DNA of 64,000 nt, from positions 124,001 through 188,000 of IMG/VR virus record IMGVR_UViG_3300031787_007614; one strand, 5' to 3'. Both the position numbers and the translations under genes were made by a program. How positions within the stretch are numbered: the stretch's first letter is position 1; each line of letters begins with the position of its first letter. Under the pieces are notes generated by a model. It made no database searches and was not told the DNA's origin. It was given only the letters and a program-made list of their open reading frames with translations. Positions 1 to 8,321 of the stretch are shown piece by piece.

Positions 1-218
1 ACAAGCCCCGTAAGTCCAATTGCTACACTTACAAGATTCACAAACATCTGTGGTTTATTTGCAACACGGATGCACCATATCAGAAACAGTATGGTTCCTA
101 TAAAAAATGTAAGGATATTGTAGGGATAGGCCGCGGGCCCGATAGCGTTGAGGCTGTGCCCTGCTACAATAAACACGGCACCTGCCCACTGCAAAATTTC
201 GTTAGTATCTAATTTCAT
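1..218 (-). CDS. Small membrane protein, truncated by window start (not in ORF track)
   Basis: Hand translation MKLDTNEILQWAGAVFIVAGHSLNAIGPAAYPYNILTFFIGTILFLIW... is open to base 1 and hydrophobic. ATG is 6 nt after TATAAT. Confidence 0.75.
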   Translation of the reverse strand, partial: MKLDTNEILQWAGAVFIVAGHSLNAIGPAAYPYNILTFFIGTILFLIWCIRVANKPQMFVNLVSVAIGLTGL

Positions 219-224
219 ACCTTA

Positions 225-253
225 ATTATAGCAGTTTGGGCATTATTGGTCAA
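225..253 (-). promoter_or_regulatory. sigma70-type promoter TTGACC-17-TATAAT
   Basis: -35 at 253-248, -10 at 230-225. Confidence 0.85.
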
Positions 254-255
254 CC

Positions 256-286
256 AAAAAGTAGTACTTTTGTAGTACTACTTTTT
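256..286. repeat. Perfect 12-bp inverted repeat AAAAAGTAGTAC-N7-GTACTACTTTTT (terminator or operator)
   Basis: Arms 256-267 and 275-286, overlapping the stop of the 278..484 gene and just upstream of the -35 at 248-253. Confidence 0.7.
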
Positions 287-484
287 GAGGATTTCGTAAA
301 ATTGCTGGTTGAGCGCATCCATTTCCGCCTGACTCACGTAGAAGTCAGTACGGGGGTCATAGTAGGCACCCTCTTTGTTGTCATAATACAACACTCTGCC
401 TGAGAAGTTGAACGGGCCTTCTAGCCCGGCACGAGCACTGTATTTTTCGCGCATGTTGTCAACTTCAAAGACTTTGTAACCCAT
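278..484 (-). CDS. Hypothetical early protein (68 aa)
   Basis: ORF-track frame; start moved to MGYKVF, which has an AAGGAG SD downstream of the promoter. Confidence 0.75.
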   Translation of the reverse strand: MGYKVFEVDNMREKYSARAGLEGPFNFSGRVLYYDNKEGAYYDPRTDFYVSQAEMDALNQQFYEILKK

Positions 485-514
485 TGCCAGCTCCTTTTGT
501 GTCTGTATGCCCAA

Positions 515-543
515 ATTATAGCAAATTGGGAATTATTGGTCAA
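515..543 (-). promoter_or_regulatory. sigma70-type promoter TTGACC-17-TATAAT
   Basis: -35 at 543-538, -10 at 520-515; spacer nearly identical to those at 225 and 30597. Confidence 0.85.
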
Positions 544-607
544 CCAGGCCGTTATATATTAGTAGAAACCATTAGTACTAGTGGTAAATACTGAGAAGGA
601 GAAAACC

Positions 608-775
608 ATGTCAGAACTAATGCAAAAATTAGTAGAACGCTTGGCCGAGATGTTTCCAGGCTCGGGCTACCAATCCCGATTGGAAGCATACATTGCCGGC
701 AGACGTCCATGTGACGTATTTGATGTTGAACGATTCCAAAAAGAGTTCAGCCAAGAATTTAAAGGATTTTTATGA
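608..775 (+). CDS. Hypothetical protein (55 aa)
   Basis: TAAATA at 585-590, AAGGAG SD, start MSELMQ. Confidence 0.65.
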   Translation: MSELMQKLVERLAEMFPGSGYQSRLEAYIAGRRPCDVFDVERFQKEFSQEFKGFL

Positions 776-876
776 TTGCTAAATTTTTTAATCGTGTGTT
801 TGAACTGTTGGTAGCCTGGGGCGACACTGTGCATGAGTACAGAATGAGCCGCGCCAGTCGTACCTGGTACTATTAA
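772..876 (+). CDS. Small hypothetical protein (34 aa, [34 protein letters not shown])
   Basis: ATGA overlap with the upstream stop; hand translation. Confidence 0.55.
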   Translation: MIAKFFNRVFELLVAWGDTVHEYRMSRASRTWYY

Positions 877-1460
877 TCTCGTTTGATTAATATTTTATCA
901 GCAAGGCCATATTCAACTGCTTCGCCAGCAGTCATGAAATTGTCACGTTCCATATCAGCTTTGAGTTGTTTGTGGGGTTTGCCAGTGTGTTTGACATAGA
1001 TATCAGTCAACACAGTTTTCCAACGCAATAGTTCTCGAGCTTGAATTTCCACGTCTGTGGCCTGACCCGATGCGCCGCCCAGGGGTTGATGGATCATGTG
1101 GCGTGCATTGGGCAGGATGTAGCGATTGCCCTTGTCGCCAGCAGCGGCCAACAACGAGCCCATGCTGGCAGCCTGCCCCATCACAATAGTGTGAATTTTG
1201 GGCTTGATAAAGTTCATGGTATCGTAAATGGCCATACCTGCTGTGACTGATCCGCCGGGTGAGTTGATGTACAAGCTGATGGCTTTGTCGGGGTTGTCAC
1301 TTTCCAAAAACAATAACTGCGCACAGATCAAGCTGGCTGTGTGTTGGGTGACTTCTCCGTCCAGCATGATCACACGATCTTTGAGCAAGCGGCTGTAAAG
1401 GTCGTAACTGCGTTCGCCTCGGGAAGTGTTTTCGATAACAATTGGCACTAGATTTGACAT
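873..1460 (-). CDS. clpP: ATP-dependent Clp protease proteolytic subunit
   Basis: [24 protein letters not shown] (Ser), MIHQP (His), MERDNF (Asp); AGGAG SD before MSNLVP. Confidence 0.97.
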   Translation of the reverse strand: MSNLVPIVIENTSRGERSYDLYSRLLKDRVIMLDGEVTQHTASLICAQLLFLESDNPDKAISLYINSPGGSVTAGMAIYDTMNFIKPKIHTIVMGQAASMGSLLAAAGDKGNRYILPNARHMIHQPLGGASGQATDVEIQARELLRWKTVLTDIYVKHTGKPHKQLKADMERDNFMTAGEAVEYGLADKILIKRD

Positions 1461-1511
1461 GGGGTCTCCTGGTTGATTGCATAAGTATAGCATTATTCTC
1501 GGAAGAAAACA

Positions 1512-3092
1512 ATGCGTGATCTACTCAATTTACTCGACAACATACTGACTGAAGAAGTCAACGCTCAATTTGCCCCTGAACTTGAAGGCATGAAAGACGT
1601 GATTTCTAGAAGAATCAAGGATCTTCCAGACGACCCTGCTACTGCAAAAGCTCTTAAAGAAATTGAAGATCTGCTGTCGCATATTTCACATGGTGGAAGA
1701 ATGGGATCAATCAGTAAAGAAATTGAAGCTGTGCAAGATCAAGCTGTGCAAGATGCTAAAAAAGTTCTGGCAAGACTAGCAATGAACATCATGGAAGAAG
1801 TTGGTGCCACGCCGTTGCAACGTGCTGATTTTTTCAATACCTGGAAAAGCGATCGGTTGGTCAACACCCAGGCCCTGCTGAGCAATGAAAAAGTTGACTT
1901 TCCTGTGGTATTCACTGGTTATACTGAAAATCCAGTCACAAAAGAATTTGTTGACGAAGTTATGATGATCCAGGAATTAGGCATGGGACGAGGCGAATTT
2001 GGATTGAACGTACTGAGCAAAAGTATTACTGTGGCAGGCAAAAGTTCAAAACAAGACAATGACGAGGACAGCGGATCTAAAAAGGGTGACTTACAAATCA
2101 AGTCAGGTGGTAAAGTTTACCAAGTAGAATTAAAAACTGAAATGGGTGGTGCTGCCAGATTTGGAGATCAAGAAGTTAGGCCAGCAGAAGGATTTGAAGC
2201 ATCCGCAGTGACGTTGAATAATTTTGTGAAATCTCACAAGGCATACAAAAATCTCAAACGCAAATTGTCCGGCAGCGGCATGAATTTGAACCAGGCCATA
2301 GACTTTAACAAACTTCTTTCTCCAGCAGACAGTGATAAATTCCTGGCACTGACTCAACGGTGTATATCTCTCATATTTGGCAATATCAAAGGCAGTAGAA
2401 AAGAGTATGCCACAAGATTGAAAAAAAATATAAATGGCATTATGACAGCTATCGAAACTGGCGACAGCGGATCGGCTGCACAACAATGGAGTCAGGCCAG
2501 TTTCAATTATTACATGAGCAAAAAAGAAGACGACGGCGTGCTCTATCTTAACTTGAACAGCAAAGTATTCATATACTACAATGATGCAGAACAATTACTG
2601 GCACAAGGACTGAGATTCCACGCCAGTACTCCATACATTAGTGCCACAAAAGATCCTGTTAGATCAGTGTATCCACAGATTGGAGTTCAACAAACATCAT
2701 TTGGTGGTGACGCGGCTCGACAAGGATTGACACAGTTGTCCAAAGGAAAAAATCCTATGGCAGCTTCAACATTCAATTCTGCGTTGACTGATTGGGTCAT
2801 GACATTGGCAGGCAGACGTGGCATCAACAATCAAAAGTTAATAGCGCAAATTGCCAAGTCAACCTTGAACATGATAGCTAACAAAACACCAAAAGAGCAA
2901 ATTATTCCTGCACTAGAACGCCAATTTCCACAGTTGGTTCCAAGAGGGGCCGTGCAGCCAGTGGCACCTGCTGTGGCACCTGCTGTGGCGCCTGTTGGTA
3001 GACTCACAGGTCCGGGCGTGAAAACAGCTAGAAACCCAGCACAACCTCAGGTGACTGCTGAAGTGTTGGGCAGAGAACGCAGACGTAATTAA
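1512..3092 (+). CDS. 526-aa protein with a possible PD-(D/E)XK nuclease-like motif
   Basis: GDLQI...VELK motif preceded by GMGRGEFG; Pro/Ala/Val low-complexity tail. Confidence 0.55.
   Translation: MRDLLNLLDNILTEEVNAQFAPELEGMKDVISRRIKDLPDDPATAKALKEIEDLLSHISHGGRMGSISKEIEAVQDQAVQDAKKVLARLAMNIMEEVGATPLQRADFFNTWKSDRLVNTQALLSNEKVDFPVVFTGYTENPVTKEFVDEVMMIQELGMGRGEFGLNVLSKSITVAGKSSKQDNDEDSGSKKGDLQIKSGGKVYQVELKTEMGGAARFGDQEVRPAEGFEASAVTLNNFVKSHKAYKNLKRKLSGSGMNLNQAIDFNKLLSPADSDKFLALTQRCISLIFGNIKGSRKEYATRLKKNINGIMTAIETGDSGSAAQQWSQASFNYYMSKKEDDGVLYLNLNSKVFIYYNDAEQLLAQGLRFHASTPYISATKDPVRSVYPQIGVQQTSFGGDAARQGLTQLSKGKNPMAASTFNSALTDWVMTLAGRRGINNQKLIAQIAKSTLNMIANKTPKEQIIPALERQFPQLVPRGAVQPVAPAVAPAVAPVGRLTGPGVKTARNPAQPQVTAEVLGRERRRN
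2961..2996 (+). repeat. 12-bp tandem repeat x3 (VAPA linker)
   Basis: gtggcacctgct gtggcacctgct gtggcgcctgtt. Confidence 0.85.
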
Positions 3093-3664
3093 CGAGTCAC
3101 TTGGCTGATGTGATCACAGATACCCAGCCGCAGGGCATCATCCGCACCCAAATAAACGTCATGCGGTGGCAACAGATGTTGCTTGATTTGGTCTTCGCTT
3201 AGACCTGTACAATCTATATAATGCTGTACCATGCGTTTTTGTGTGAGCTCAAACTCTTTAATTGTGGCCAATAGTTCATGATGTTTGCCATCACTGCCCC
3301 AGGCATACTGGTGACTCATGATTGACGTATTAGGAGTGAGTGTTCTGCGTCCTGGTGTTCCTGCCAAAAAGATCAACAATCCGGCACTGGCAATTTGCCC
3401 CAGCCCCACAGCTTTGATTGGAATGACCGAACTGCGCATGACATCAATCAAGGCAAATGCTGAACTCATGTCTCCACCTTCTGAGCAAATCATTAGCAAG
3501 AGTTCTTTGCGTTTTTTCTTGGCCACAAAGTTCTCGTGCAGGATCCATTCAATTATGGGTTTGATGTTATCATCATCAACCTCGCCCATAAAAACATACA
3601 TTCCAGCGTCGGCCAAGGCTTGGGTGTGAGTCTGCTCAATTTGTAGGGAGTTATCTGTGGTCAT
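3089..3664 (-). CDS. clpP: Divergent second ClpP-family protease
   Basis: CSEGGD, GLGQIASAG (Ser), MSHQY (His), HDVYL (Asp) are colinear with ClpP. Confidence 0.85.
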   Translation of the reverse strand: MTTDNSLQIEQTHTQALADAGMYVFMGEVDDDNIKPIIEWILHENFVAKKKRKELLLMICSEGGDMSSAFALIDVMRSSVIPIKAVGLGQIASAGLLIFLAGTPGRRTLTPNTSIMSHQYAWGSDGKHHELLATIKEFELTQKRMVQHYIDCTGLSEDQIKQHLLPPHDVYLGADDALRLGICDHISQVTR

Positions 3665-3678
3665 AATTTGAATGTAGG

Positions 3679-3700
3679 AAAAGGCAGCCGAAGCTGCCTT
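3679..3700 (-). terminator. Intrinsic terminator AAGGCAGC-TTCG-GCTGCCTT followed by TT
   Basis: 8-bp perfect stem, UUCG loop, short U tract, 14 nt after the lipoprotein stop. Confidence 0.8.
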
Positions 3701-3708
3701 TATTTATA
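3701..3708 (-). promoter_or_regulatory. T4-like late promoter TATAAATA abutting the hairpin
   Basis: Exact T4 late consensus upstream of the second clpP. Confidence 0.7.
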
Positions 3709-3714
3709 CGCCGT

Positions 3715-4554
3715 TTATTGCAGGGTAATTTGTCCAACCACTGCATTAGGCTTGGCCAATGCTTCTGCTCGTTTGCGCTTGTATTCCTCATTGTCCACGT
3801 CCAGTAATTTTAGTTCACCTTGTGTGGTGCTTACTACACTAGGAGCCGGTTTTGGTTCCGTTTCCACTTTTACAGGTTCAATTCGACTTTGCGGAACCAA
3901 GCTACGTTCAAGATTGGCATCAGTATCTTGCTGAGTTTTGCGCTCAACTGCTTCGTTACGATCCATGTTTTGTTCAGCGGCCCGACTGCGGATTTCAAGT
4001 TCGCGTGTCAACTGAGTTTGTTCTCGTCGAGTTTGAATTGTGTTTGCGGCTCCAAGGGGCAGACGCAACAACACATAGACCTTGTAGTACTGCCCGTCAT
4101 GGGTGGCTTGACTGTCTACCCGTTGAGCTCCACTCAACTCACCATTGGCATTCTTGCGAGTGACCTGCTGGAAGTTTTCAACCAGAGCTTGGCCACGATC
4201 AGATCTAAAGTTATTGGTCTGTGTGGTAATACGAGCATACATCTGCTCAATCAACTTGCGTTCAGCTGCCATACGAGCTTTGTCGTAGGCCATTTGTTCG
4301 TCTGTGCTGACTGCTGTACCAGCCGCAAAGGTCATCTCTGCGGTATCTTCAGGCAGGCGTACAAACCATTCTGGCGCACGGGGTATCACACGCTGAGGCT
4401 GGGCTGGCATGGCATACGGATGTACCGGGGCTTGATACACTTGTGGTGCTGGTTGTGCTACCACCTGTGGCACGGGCACTTCGGCTTTTTGAGCACTGGC
4501 ACAAGCCACAAGACCGGCACTGATTGCCACAACAGAAAGTTTAACGAGTTTCAT
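3715..4554 (-). CDS. Lipoprotein (LPP20-like) with coiled-coil C-terminus
   Basis: Signal peptide and lipobox GLVAC; AAAGG SD before MKLVKL. Confidence 0.75.
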   Translation of the reverse strand: MKLVKLSVVAISAGLVACASAQKAEVPVPQVVAQPAPQVYQAPVHPYAMPAQPQRVIPRAPEWFVRLPEDTAEMTFAAGTAVSTDEQMAYDKARMAAERKLIEQMYARITTQTNNFRSDRGQALVENFQQVTRKNANGELSGAQRVDSQATHDGQYYKVYVLLRLPLGAANTIQTRREQTQLTRELEIRSRAAEQNMDRNEAVERKTQQDTDANLERSLVPQSRIEPVKVETEPKPAPSVVSTTQGELKLLDVDNEEYKRKRAEALAKPNAVVGQITLQ

Positions 4555-4586
4555 ACACACCTTTCAGGTTAGTTAACGGATAAAGC

Positions 4587-4615
4587 ATTGTAGCAGATTG
4601 ATTAAAATTTGTCAA
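4587..4615 (-). promoter_or_regulatory. sigma70-type promoter TTGACA-17-TACAAT
   Basis: -35 at 4615-4610, -10 at 4592-4587. Confidence 0.8.
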
Positions 4616-5162
4616 CCACTATCCACTTTGCATCTTGCATTTGGCAAATGATTCCTTGTACCACAGCAATGTCTTGTGCTTGGAATTCAGTATCCAAAAA
4701 CCAACGGCACCGAGCGCCGTTGTGCCAAAACTCTCTATTGCGGTCTGGATGCGGTCTAAACTGGCTTACCAGGCCCACTGTGCCCACTGTGGTCTTTCGA
4801 ATTGTTTGGTGTTCGGGTCTATCCGAACACACCACAACGGATTCTGTAGCTACAGACGTTTGTCCGCTTCGACTTTGCACTTCTGCTTCTGCTCGAGTTA
4901 GTGCAATATTGCATGCTGACTGTTCGGATTGAGAAAGATCAAAAGACTGGTCACCGTGAGCAGTAAGCCACTGGTTTCCAATCCTTGCACGGAAACTCAC
5001 AATGCATCGTTTCTTTCCATTAATTTCTGGAGTTACAGTCTGTGTCAACGCAGATCTCTCAAGTATCTGCGCACGACCATTAGTGGCTGTTTTGCTTTGT
5101 AAAACGCATTCACCGGCTGCTACTGCCGCAGGTAACATGAGAGCAATGACTAGTTTTTTCAT
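4602..5162 (-). CDS. Secreted Cys-rich hypothetical protein
   Basis: Signal-like MKKLVIALMLPAAVAAG; ATGA overlap with the upstream gene; six Cys in the mature region. Confidence 0.75.
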   Translation of the reverse strand: MKKLVIALMLPAAVAAGECVLQSKTATNGRAQILERSALTQTVTPEINGKKRCIVSFRARIGNQWLTAHGDQSFDLSQSEQSACNIALTRAEAEVQSRSGQTSVATESVVVCSDRPEHQTIRKTTVGTVGLVSQFRPHPDRNREFWHNGARCRWFLDTEFQAQDIAVVQGIICQMQDAKWIVVDKF

Positions 5163-5515
5163 GAGCAGTGTTTTAAATGTTGCAGATTCCAATTTATCTG
5201 TTTGTTTATGGCACCAGATGCAATTTCTTGTCTGCGTTGATAGCCGTCTGGGTCAGTTATTTGTGTCCAAAAATTGCCAATGTTTCCTAGTCCAGCAAAC
5301 AGCATCTCATCTTCTGATTGCCTCATGCTTTGCAACATCGCAATCTGTTGTTCTTTGATACGACAGTTGGGCTGGAAAAAATTTAGATCACGCTCGGACA
5401 TGGGCATGCGACTGACATTGGTAACGGCGCACCCACTACACAGGCTGACAATTGTAACGCAGAGTCCAAAGACGGTGGCGAATTTGCGATCGCTGACGTG
5501 CATAATCTTGCTCAC
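5159..5515 (-). CDS. Putative lipoprotein
   Basis: Hydrophobic stretch ending LCSGC. Confidence 0.7.
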   Translation of the reverse strand: MSKIMHVSDRKFATVFGLCVTIVSLCSGCAVTNVSRMPMSERDLNFFQPNCRIKEQQIAMLQSMRQSEDEMLFAGLGNIGNFWTQITDPDGYQRRQEIASGAINKQINWNLQHLKHCS

Positions 5516-5687
5516 TTTGAAATGATTGACGAGGAATTAAATCTTGACTTTCGATCCACCTGGCAATGGCAGACCTATTGGCACAGTCATCTGGCATGAT
5601 GGCCACATCTATTGGCATGGGTCTAGGTGCTGATGCACACCCTATCAATGTGATCAATAGCAAAGGTGCCAGATGTTTAGTGTTCAT
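5436..5687 (-). CDS. Putative lipoprotein
   Basis: LLLITLIGC lipobox. Confidence 0.7.
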   Translation of the reverse strand: MNTKHLAPLLLITLIGCASAPRPMPIDVAIMPDDCANRSAIARWIESQDLIPRQSFQSEQDYARQRSQIRHRLWTLRYNCQPV

Positions 5688-5829
5688 CGCGCTGACGGTG
5701 TTTGATTTTGCGAGTGTACGCCACCCGCAACCTTTCTACTTTGAGTCTGAAAGGGGTATCGCGTGAGTACAACTCCACCGCACGACGGCGCTGGCGAGGT
5801 ATTTCGAGCTTGAAACTTAGTGTCTTCAT
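5677..5829 (-). CDS. 50-aa basic peptide resembling alternative ribosome-rescue factor ArfA (not in ORF track)
   Basis: MKTLSFKLEIPRQRRRAVELYSRDTPFRLKVERLRVAYTRKIKHRQRDEH; FRLKVE...AYTRKIKH vs E. coli ArfA FRQRVE...SYMRKGKH; leaderless behind its own promoter. Confidence 0.6.
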   Translation of the reverse strand: MKTLSFKLEIPRQRRRAVELYSRDTPFRLKVERLRVAYTRKIKHRQRDEH

Positions 5830-5835
5830 GATGTA

Positions 5836-5864
5836 ATTATAGCAGATTGGCTTTTATTGGTCAA
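5836..5864 (-). promoter_or_regulatory. sigma70-type promoter TTGACC-17-TATAAT
   Basis: The -35 contains the TGA stop of the upstream gene; ATG 6 nt after the -10. Confidence 0.85.
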
Positions 5865-6187
5865 TCGGCACGTGAGCTCATGTATGCATTGATACCAAAA
5901 CTGCGCAGAACGTCAGCATAGGCTTGGGCGCCTGCTTCTTTGATGTCCATGCTCTGGGTGCCTGAACCACCGGGGTTCCACAGATCCAGGCCACCGTGGT
6001 AGCTCTTGCGGAAGCCCACACTTTTGAGCGCACGACCCAACTTGGTCGAAGCCTTTTCGCTCACATGCACCCAGGCAAAACCACAGTAACCAGGTTCACC
6101 GTGTTGGGCACGGAAGTCTGCTTCGGCACGTTCTGCGGCGGCGGTAGCAGTGTTATGGACAGATTCAATATTGTCTAGTGCAAGCAT
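5861..6187 (-). CDS. Hypothetical early protein (108 aa)
   Basis: AAGGAG SD before MLALDN; the ORF-track start abuts the -10 and is unlikely. Confidence 0.8.
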   Translation of the reverse strand: MLALDNIESVHNTATAAAERAEADFRAQHGEPGYCGFAWVHVSEKASTKLGRALKSVGFRKSYHGGLDLWNPGGSGTQSMDIKEAGAQAYADVLRSFGINAYMSSRAD

Positions 6188-6217
6188 TTTGGGCTCCTTT
6201 TGCGTTAACATGTCCAT

Positions 6218-6246
6218 AGTATAGCAGATCGAGAATTTCCGGTCAA
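6218..6246 (-). promoter_or_regulatory. sigma70-type promoter TTGACC-17-TATACT
   Basis: -35 at 6246-6241, -10 at 6223-6218. Confidence 0.8.
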
Positions 6247-6249
6247 CCC

Positions 6250-6277
6250 AAAAAAAAGCCCTACATGCAGTAGGGCT
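6250..6277 (-). terminator. Intrinsic terminator after the phasin-like gene
   Basis: AGCCCTAC-TGCAT-GTAGGGCT followed by a T run on the minus strand. Confidence 0.9.
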
Positions 6278-6294
6278 ATTGTAATACTTGAGTA

Positions 6295-6567
6295 TTACTT
6301 TTTAGAAGTTGCTGTGTAAGCCTTCATGATGCCTTCGCCAAATTTCACATAGTCAAATTTGGTGGTTTCTTGCACGGCTTTGACAGTTTCGCTGGCAACA
6401 GTGGTTGCGGCGTCTGTGGTAGCTTTGAATGCTTTCTTGGTGTATTCGGCTTGATTGTCAATGAACTTGATCATTGCGTCTTTTACCAATTCGTTTGTGA
6501 CGAAAGTGTTAACCCAAGTTCTTTTCCCGGTTTGTACGGTGTCGATGAATGCGTCTGCTGTAAACAT
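6295..6567 (-). CDS. Phasin-like (PHA granule-associated) protein
   Basis: Small amphipathic helical Ala/Thr/Lys-rich protein (FIDNQAEYTKKAFKATTDAA); PhaR-like box upstream. Confidence 0.6.
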   Translation of the reverse strand: MFTADAFIDTVQTGKRTWVNTFVTNELVKDAMIKFIDNQAEYTKKAFKATTDAATTVASETVKAVQETTKFDYVKFGEGIMKAYTATSKK

Positions 6568-6572
6568 AGTGT

Positions 6573-6623
6573 TCTCCTTAATTAAGCAAGTTGCGATAGG
6601 ACCCGGCCTATCCAGCGTCCTAT
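6573..6623 (-). promoter_or_regulatory. Structured 5' leader: hairpin plus ROSE-like CUUGCUU/AAGGAG SD stem
   Basis: ATAGGAC/GTCCTAT stem (6596-6602 with 6617-6623), then CTTGCTT-AATT-AAGGAG. Confidence 0.6.
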
Positions 6624-6628
6624 GTGCT

Positions 6629-6660
6629 ATTATATATGATAATTATGTTGCATTGCAACA
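6629..6660 (-). promoter_or_regulatory. Promoter TTGCAA-18-TATAAT overlapped by palindrome TGTTGCA-T-TGCAACA (PhaR-like operator)
   Basis: Perfect 7-1-7 inverted repeat at 6646-6660; -10 at 6634-6629. Confidence 0.6.
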
Positions 6661-6732
6661 ATTATTTCTAGTGGATGGTCACTAAAAACCAAATCCAAAA
6701 ACGGCATACTAAATACAACATAGGAGATTGAA

Positions 6733-7002
6733 ATGTTAAAAGCTATTTTTAATTGGTTTACCAGCAAGCCAGTTCCAGGCACAGAAGCACCTGTTGTAAA
6801 AGCTGAATCTGCACCTTACAAAGTTGAACCACCACCAGTTGTTAAAGTGAGTGAACCAGCACCTGTTGGTGACCATGTAAGGGTAGAAGCCACTGCACCA
6901 GTTGAGTCAGCACCAAAAGCCAAACGAGCTCCTGCTGTAAAGAAGGCTGTTGCACCCAAGGCACCTGCTAAACCTAGGGCAAAAAAAGCACCTAAACAAT
7001 AA
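6733..7002 (+). CDS. Pro/Ala/Lys-rich histone-H1-like small protein
   Basis: C-terminus APKAKRAPAVKKAVAPKAPAKPRAKKAPKQ; TAAATA and AGGAG upstream. Confidence 0.7.
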   Translation: MLKAIFNWFTSKPVPGTEAPVVKAESAPYKVEPPPVVKVSEPAPVGDHVRVEATAPVESAPKAKRAPAVKKAVAPKAPAKPRAKKAPKQ

Positions 7003-7023
7003 ACTCGCGTTATATTATCATAG

Positions 7024-7054
7024 AAGCCCCGTGTAAATACTATATGGGGCTTTT
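7024..7054 (+). terminator. Hairpin AAGCCCC/GGGGCTT+TT with TAAATA promoter motif in its loop
   Basis: Arms 7024-7030 and 7046-7052; TAAATA at 7034-7039; csgF ATG at 7057. Confidence 0.65.
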
Positions 7055-7056
7055 CT

Positions 7057-7497
7057 ATGAAAACAACAATAACAACATTAGCCTTGATGCTGGTTACAGC
7101 TGGAGCCACCGCCACTGAACTAGTACATCAATTTAATTCGCCGTCGTTCAGTGGTATCGGTTACAGTAGTCACGTCCTTACAATCGAACAACTAGAGGCA
7201 ACACGCCGTCAGAAACTACGAGAAGAAGAAGCAAGCAGGATAGCCAAAGCCGAGCTTGCTGCCAAACAAACCAATATAGCTAAATTTCTAGTCAACGTAG
7301 AAAGTCGCATCTACGCTCAGTTGAGCAAACAGTTGGCAGACTCGCTGTTCAGCGGTGGGGGCACCACAGGCAGCATGGATTTCCAAGGCACCAACATCAG
7401 TTGGGTCAAAACTTCTACTGATGTAACCATGACCATTCTAGAAAGCAATGGCAATCGCACAGAGATCACTGTGCCACTAGCGAGTTTTGCATTTTGA
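7057..7497 (+). CDS. csgF: Curli assembly protein CsgF-like
   Basis: Signal peptide, then ELVHQFNSPSFSG (CsgF N-terminal F..PSF.G motif). Confidence 0.85.
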   Translation: MKTTITTLALMLVTAGATATELVHQFNSPSFSGIGYSSHVLTIEQLEATRRQKLREEEASRIAKAELAAKQTNIAKFLVNVESRIYAQLSKQLADSLFSGGGTTGSMDFQGTNISWVKTSTDVTMTILESNGNRTEITVPLASFAF

Positions 7498-8321
7498 TGA
7501 AAGCACTGTTTTTATCATTGCTGTTGGCTGTGTCTGGGTGTGCCAGTTTGGATCAAACTCAATTTGATGTACAGCCACCTCAATTGGTGCCACGACAAAA
7601 TTTGTTGGCTGTGTTGCCCGAGTTAGATGGTCCAAGAATACCTGTTGCTGTATATGGATTCATGGACAAGACTGGTCAGAAAAAAAACAACGACAAGCTG
7701 GCGTTATTTTCTACAGCGGTAACACAAGGTGCTGAAGTGTTTTTGATCAAGGCCTTGCAAGACACCCCAAACTGGTTCACAGTGGTTGAACGTGTAGGCC
7801 TGGACAACTTGATCAAAGAGCGTCAACTGATTCGCAATCAACGTGAAGTGTACGAAGGCAAAGATGCCAAGCCGCTCAAGCCTTTGTTGGTAGCTGGACT
7901 CATGATTGAAGGTGGCATCATTGGTTATGACACCAACATAACGTCTGGTGGTCGAGGAGCCAGAGTGCTAGGCATTGGTGCCAGTACTCAATATCGTGTG
8001 GACGAGATTGTGATATCCATGCGAGTGATTTCAGTCAACACTGGAGAAGTGTTGCTGAATACGGCTGTGAGCAAGACGGTGTTTAGCACAGCTCACAATC
8101 AAGGTGTTCTCAAATTTGTTGACCTTGGCACAACCAGTGTTGAACTTGAGAACGGGGCTGCTATTAACGAGCCCACCACATACGCTGTTCGAATAGCCAT
8201 CGAGCAAGCGGTGTACGAAATGATCCAAGAAGGAGCAAAACGGAAACTTTGGTCATACAAAAAGGGCACAAGCCCAAGGAGTGCGGATGAGGATAGTAAC
8301 TTGCCCACAAAACAAAAATGA
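7494..8321 (+). CDS. csgG: Curli secretion pore lipoprotein CsgG
   Basis: Lipobox VSGC; AVYGFMDKTGQ, FSTAVTQGA, WFTVVERVGLDNLIKERQLIR, EGGIIGYD. Confidence 0.95.
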   Translation: MMKALFLSLLLAVSGCASLDQTQFDVQPPQLVPRQNLLAVLPELDGPRIPVAVYGFMDKTGQKKNNDKLALFSTAVTQGAEVFLIKALQDTPNWFTVVERVGLDNLIKERQLIRNQREVYEGKDAKPLKPLLVAGLMIEGGIIGYDTNITSGGRGARVLGIGASTQYRVDEIVISMRVISVNTGEVLLNTAVSKTVFSTAHNQGVLKFVDLGTTSVELENGAAINEPTTYAVRIAIEQAVYEMIQEGAKRKLWSYKKGTSPRSADEDSNLPTKQK

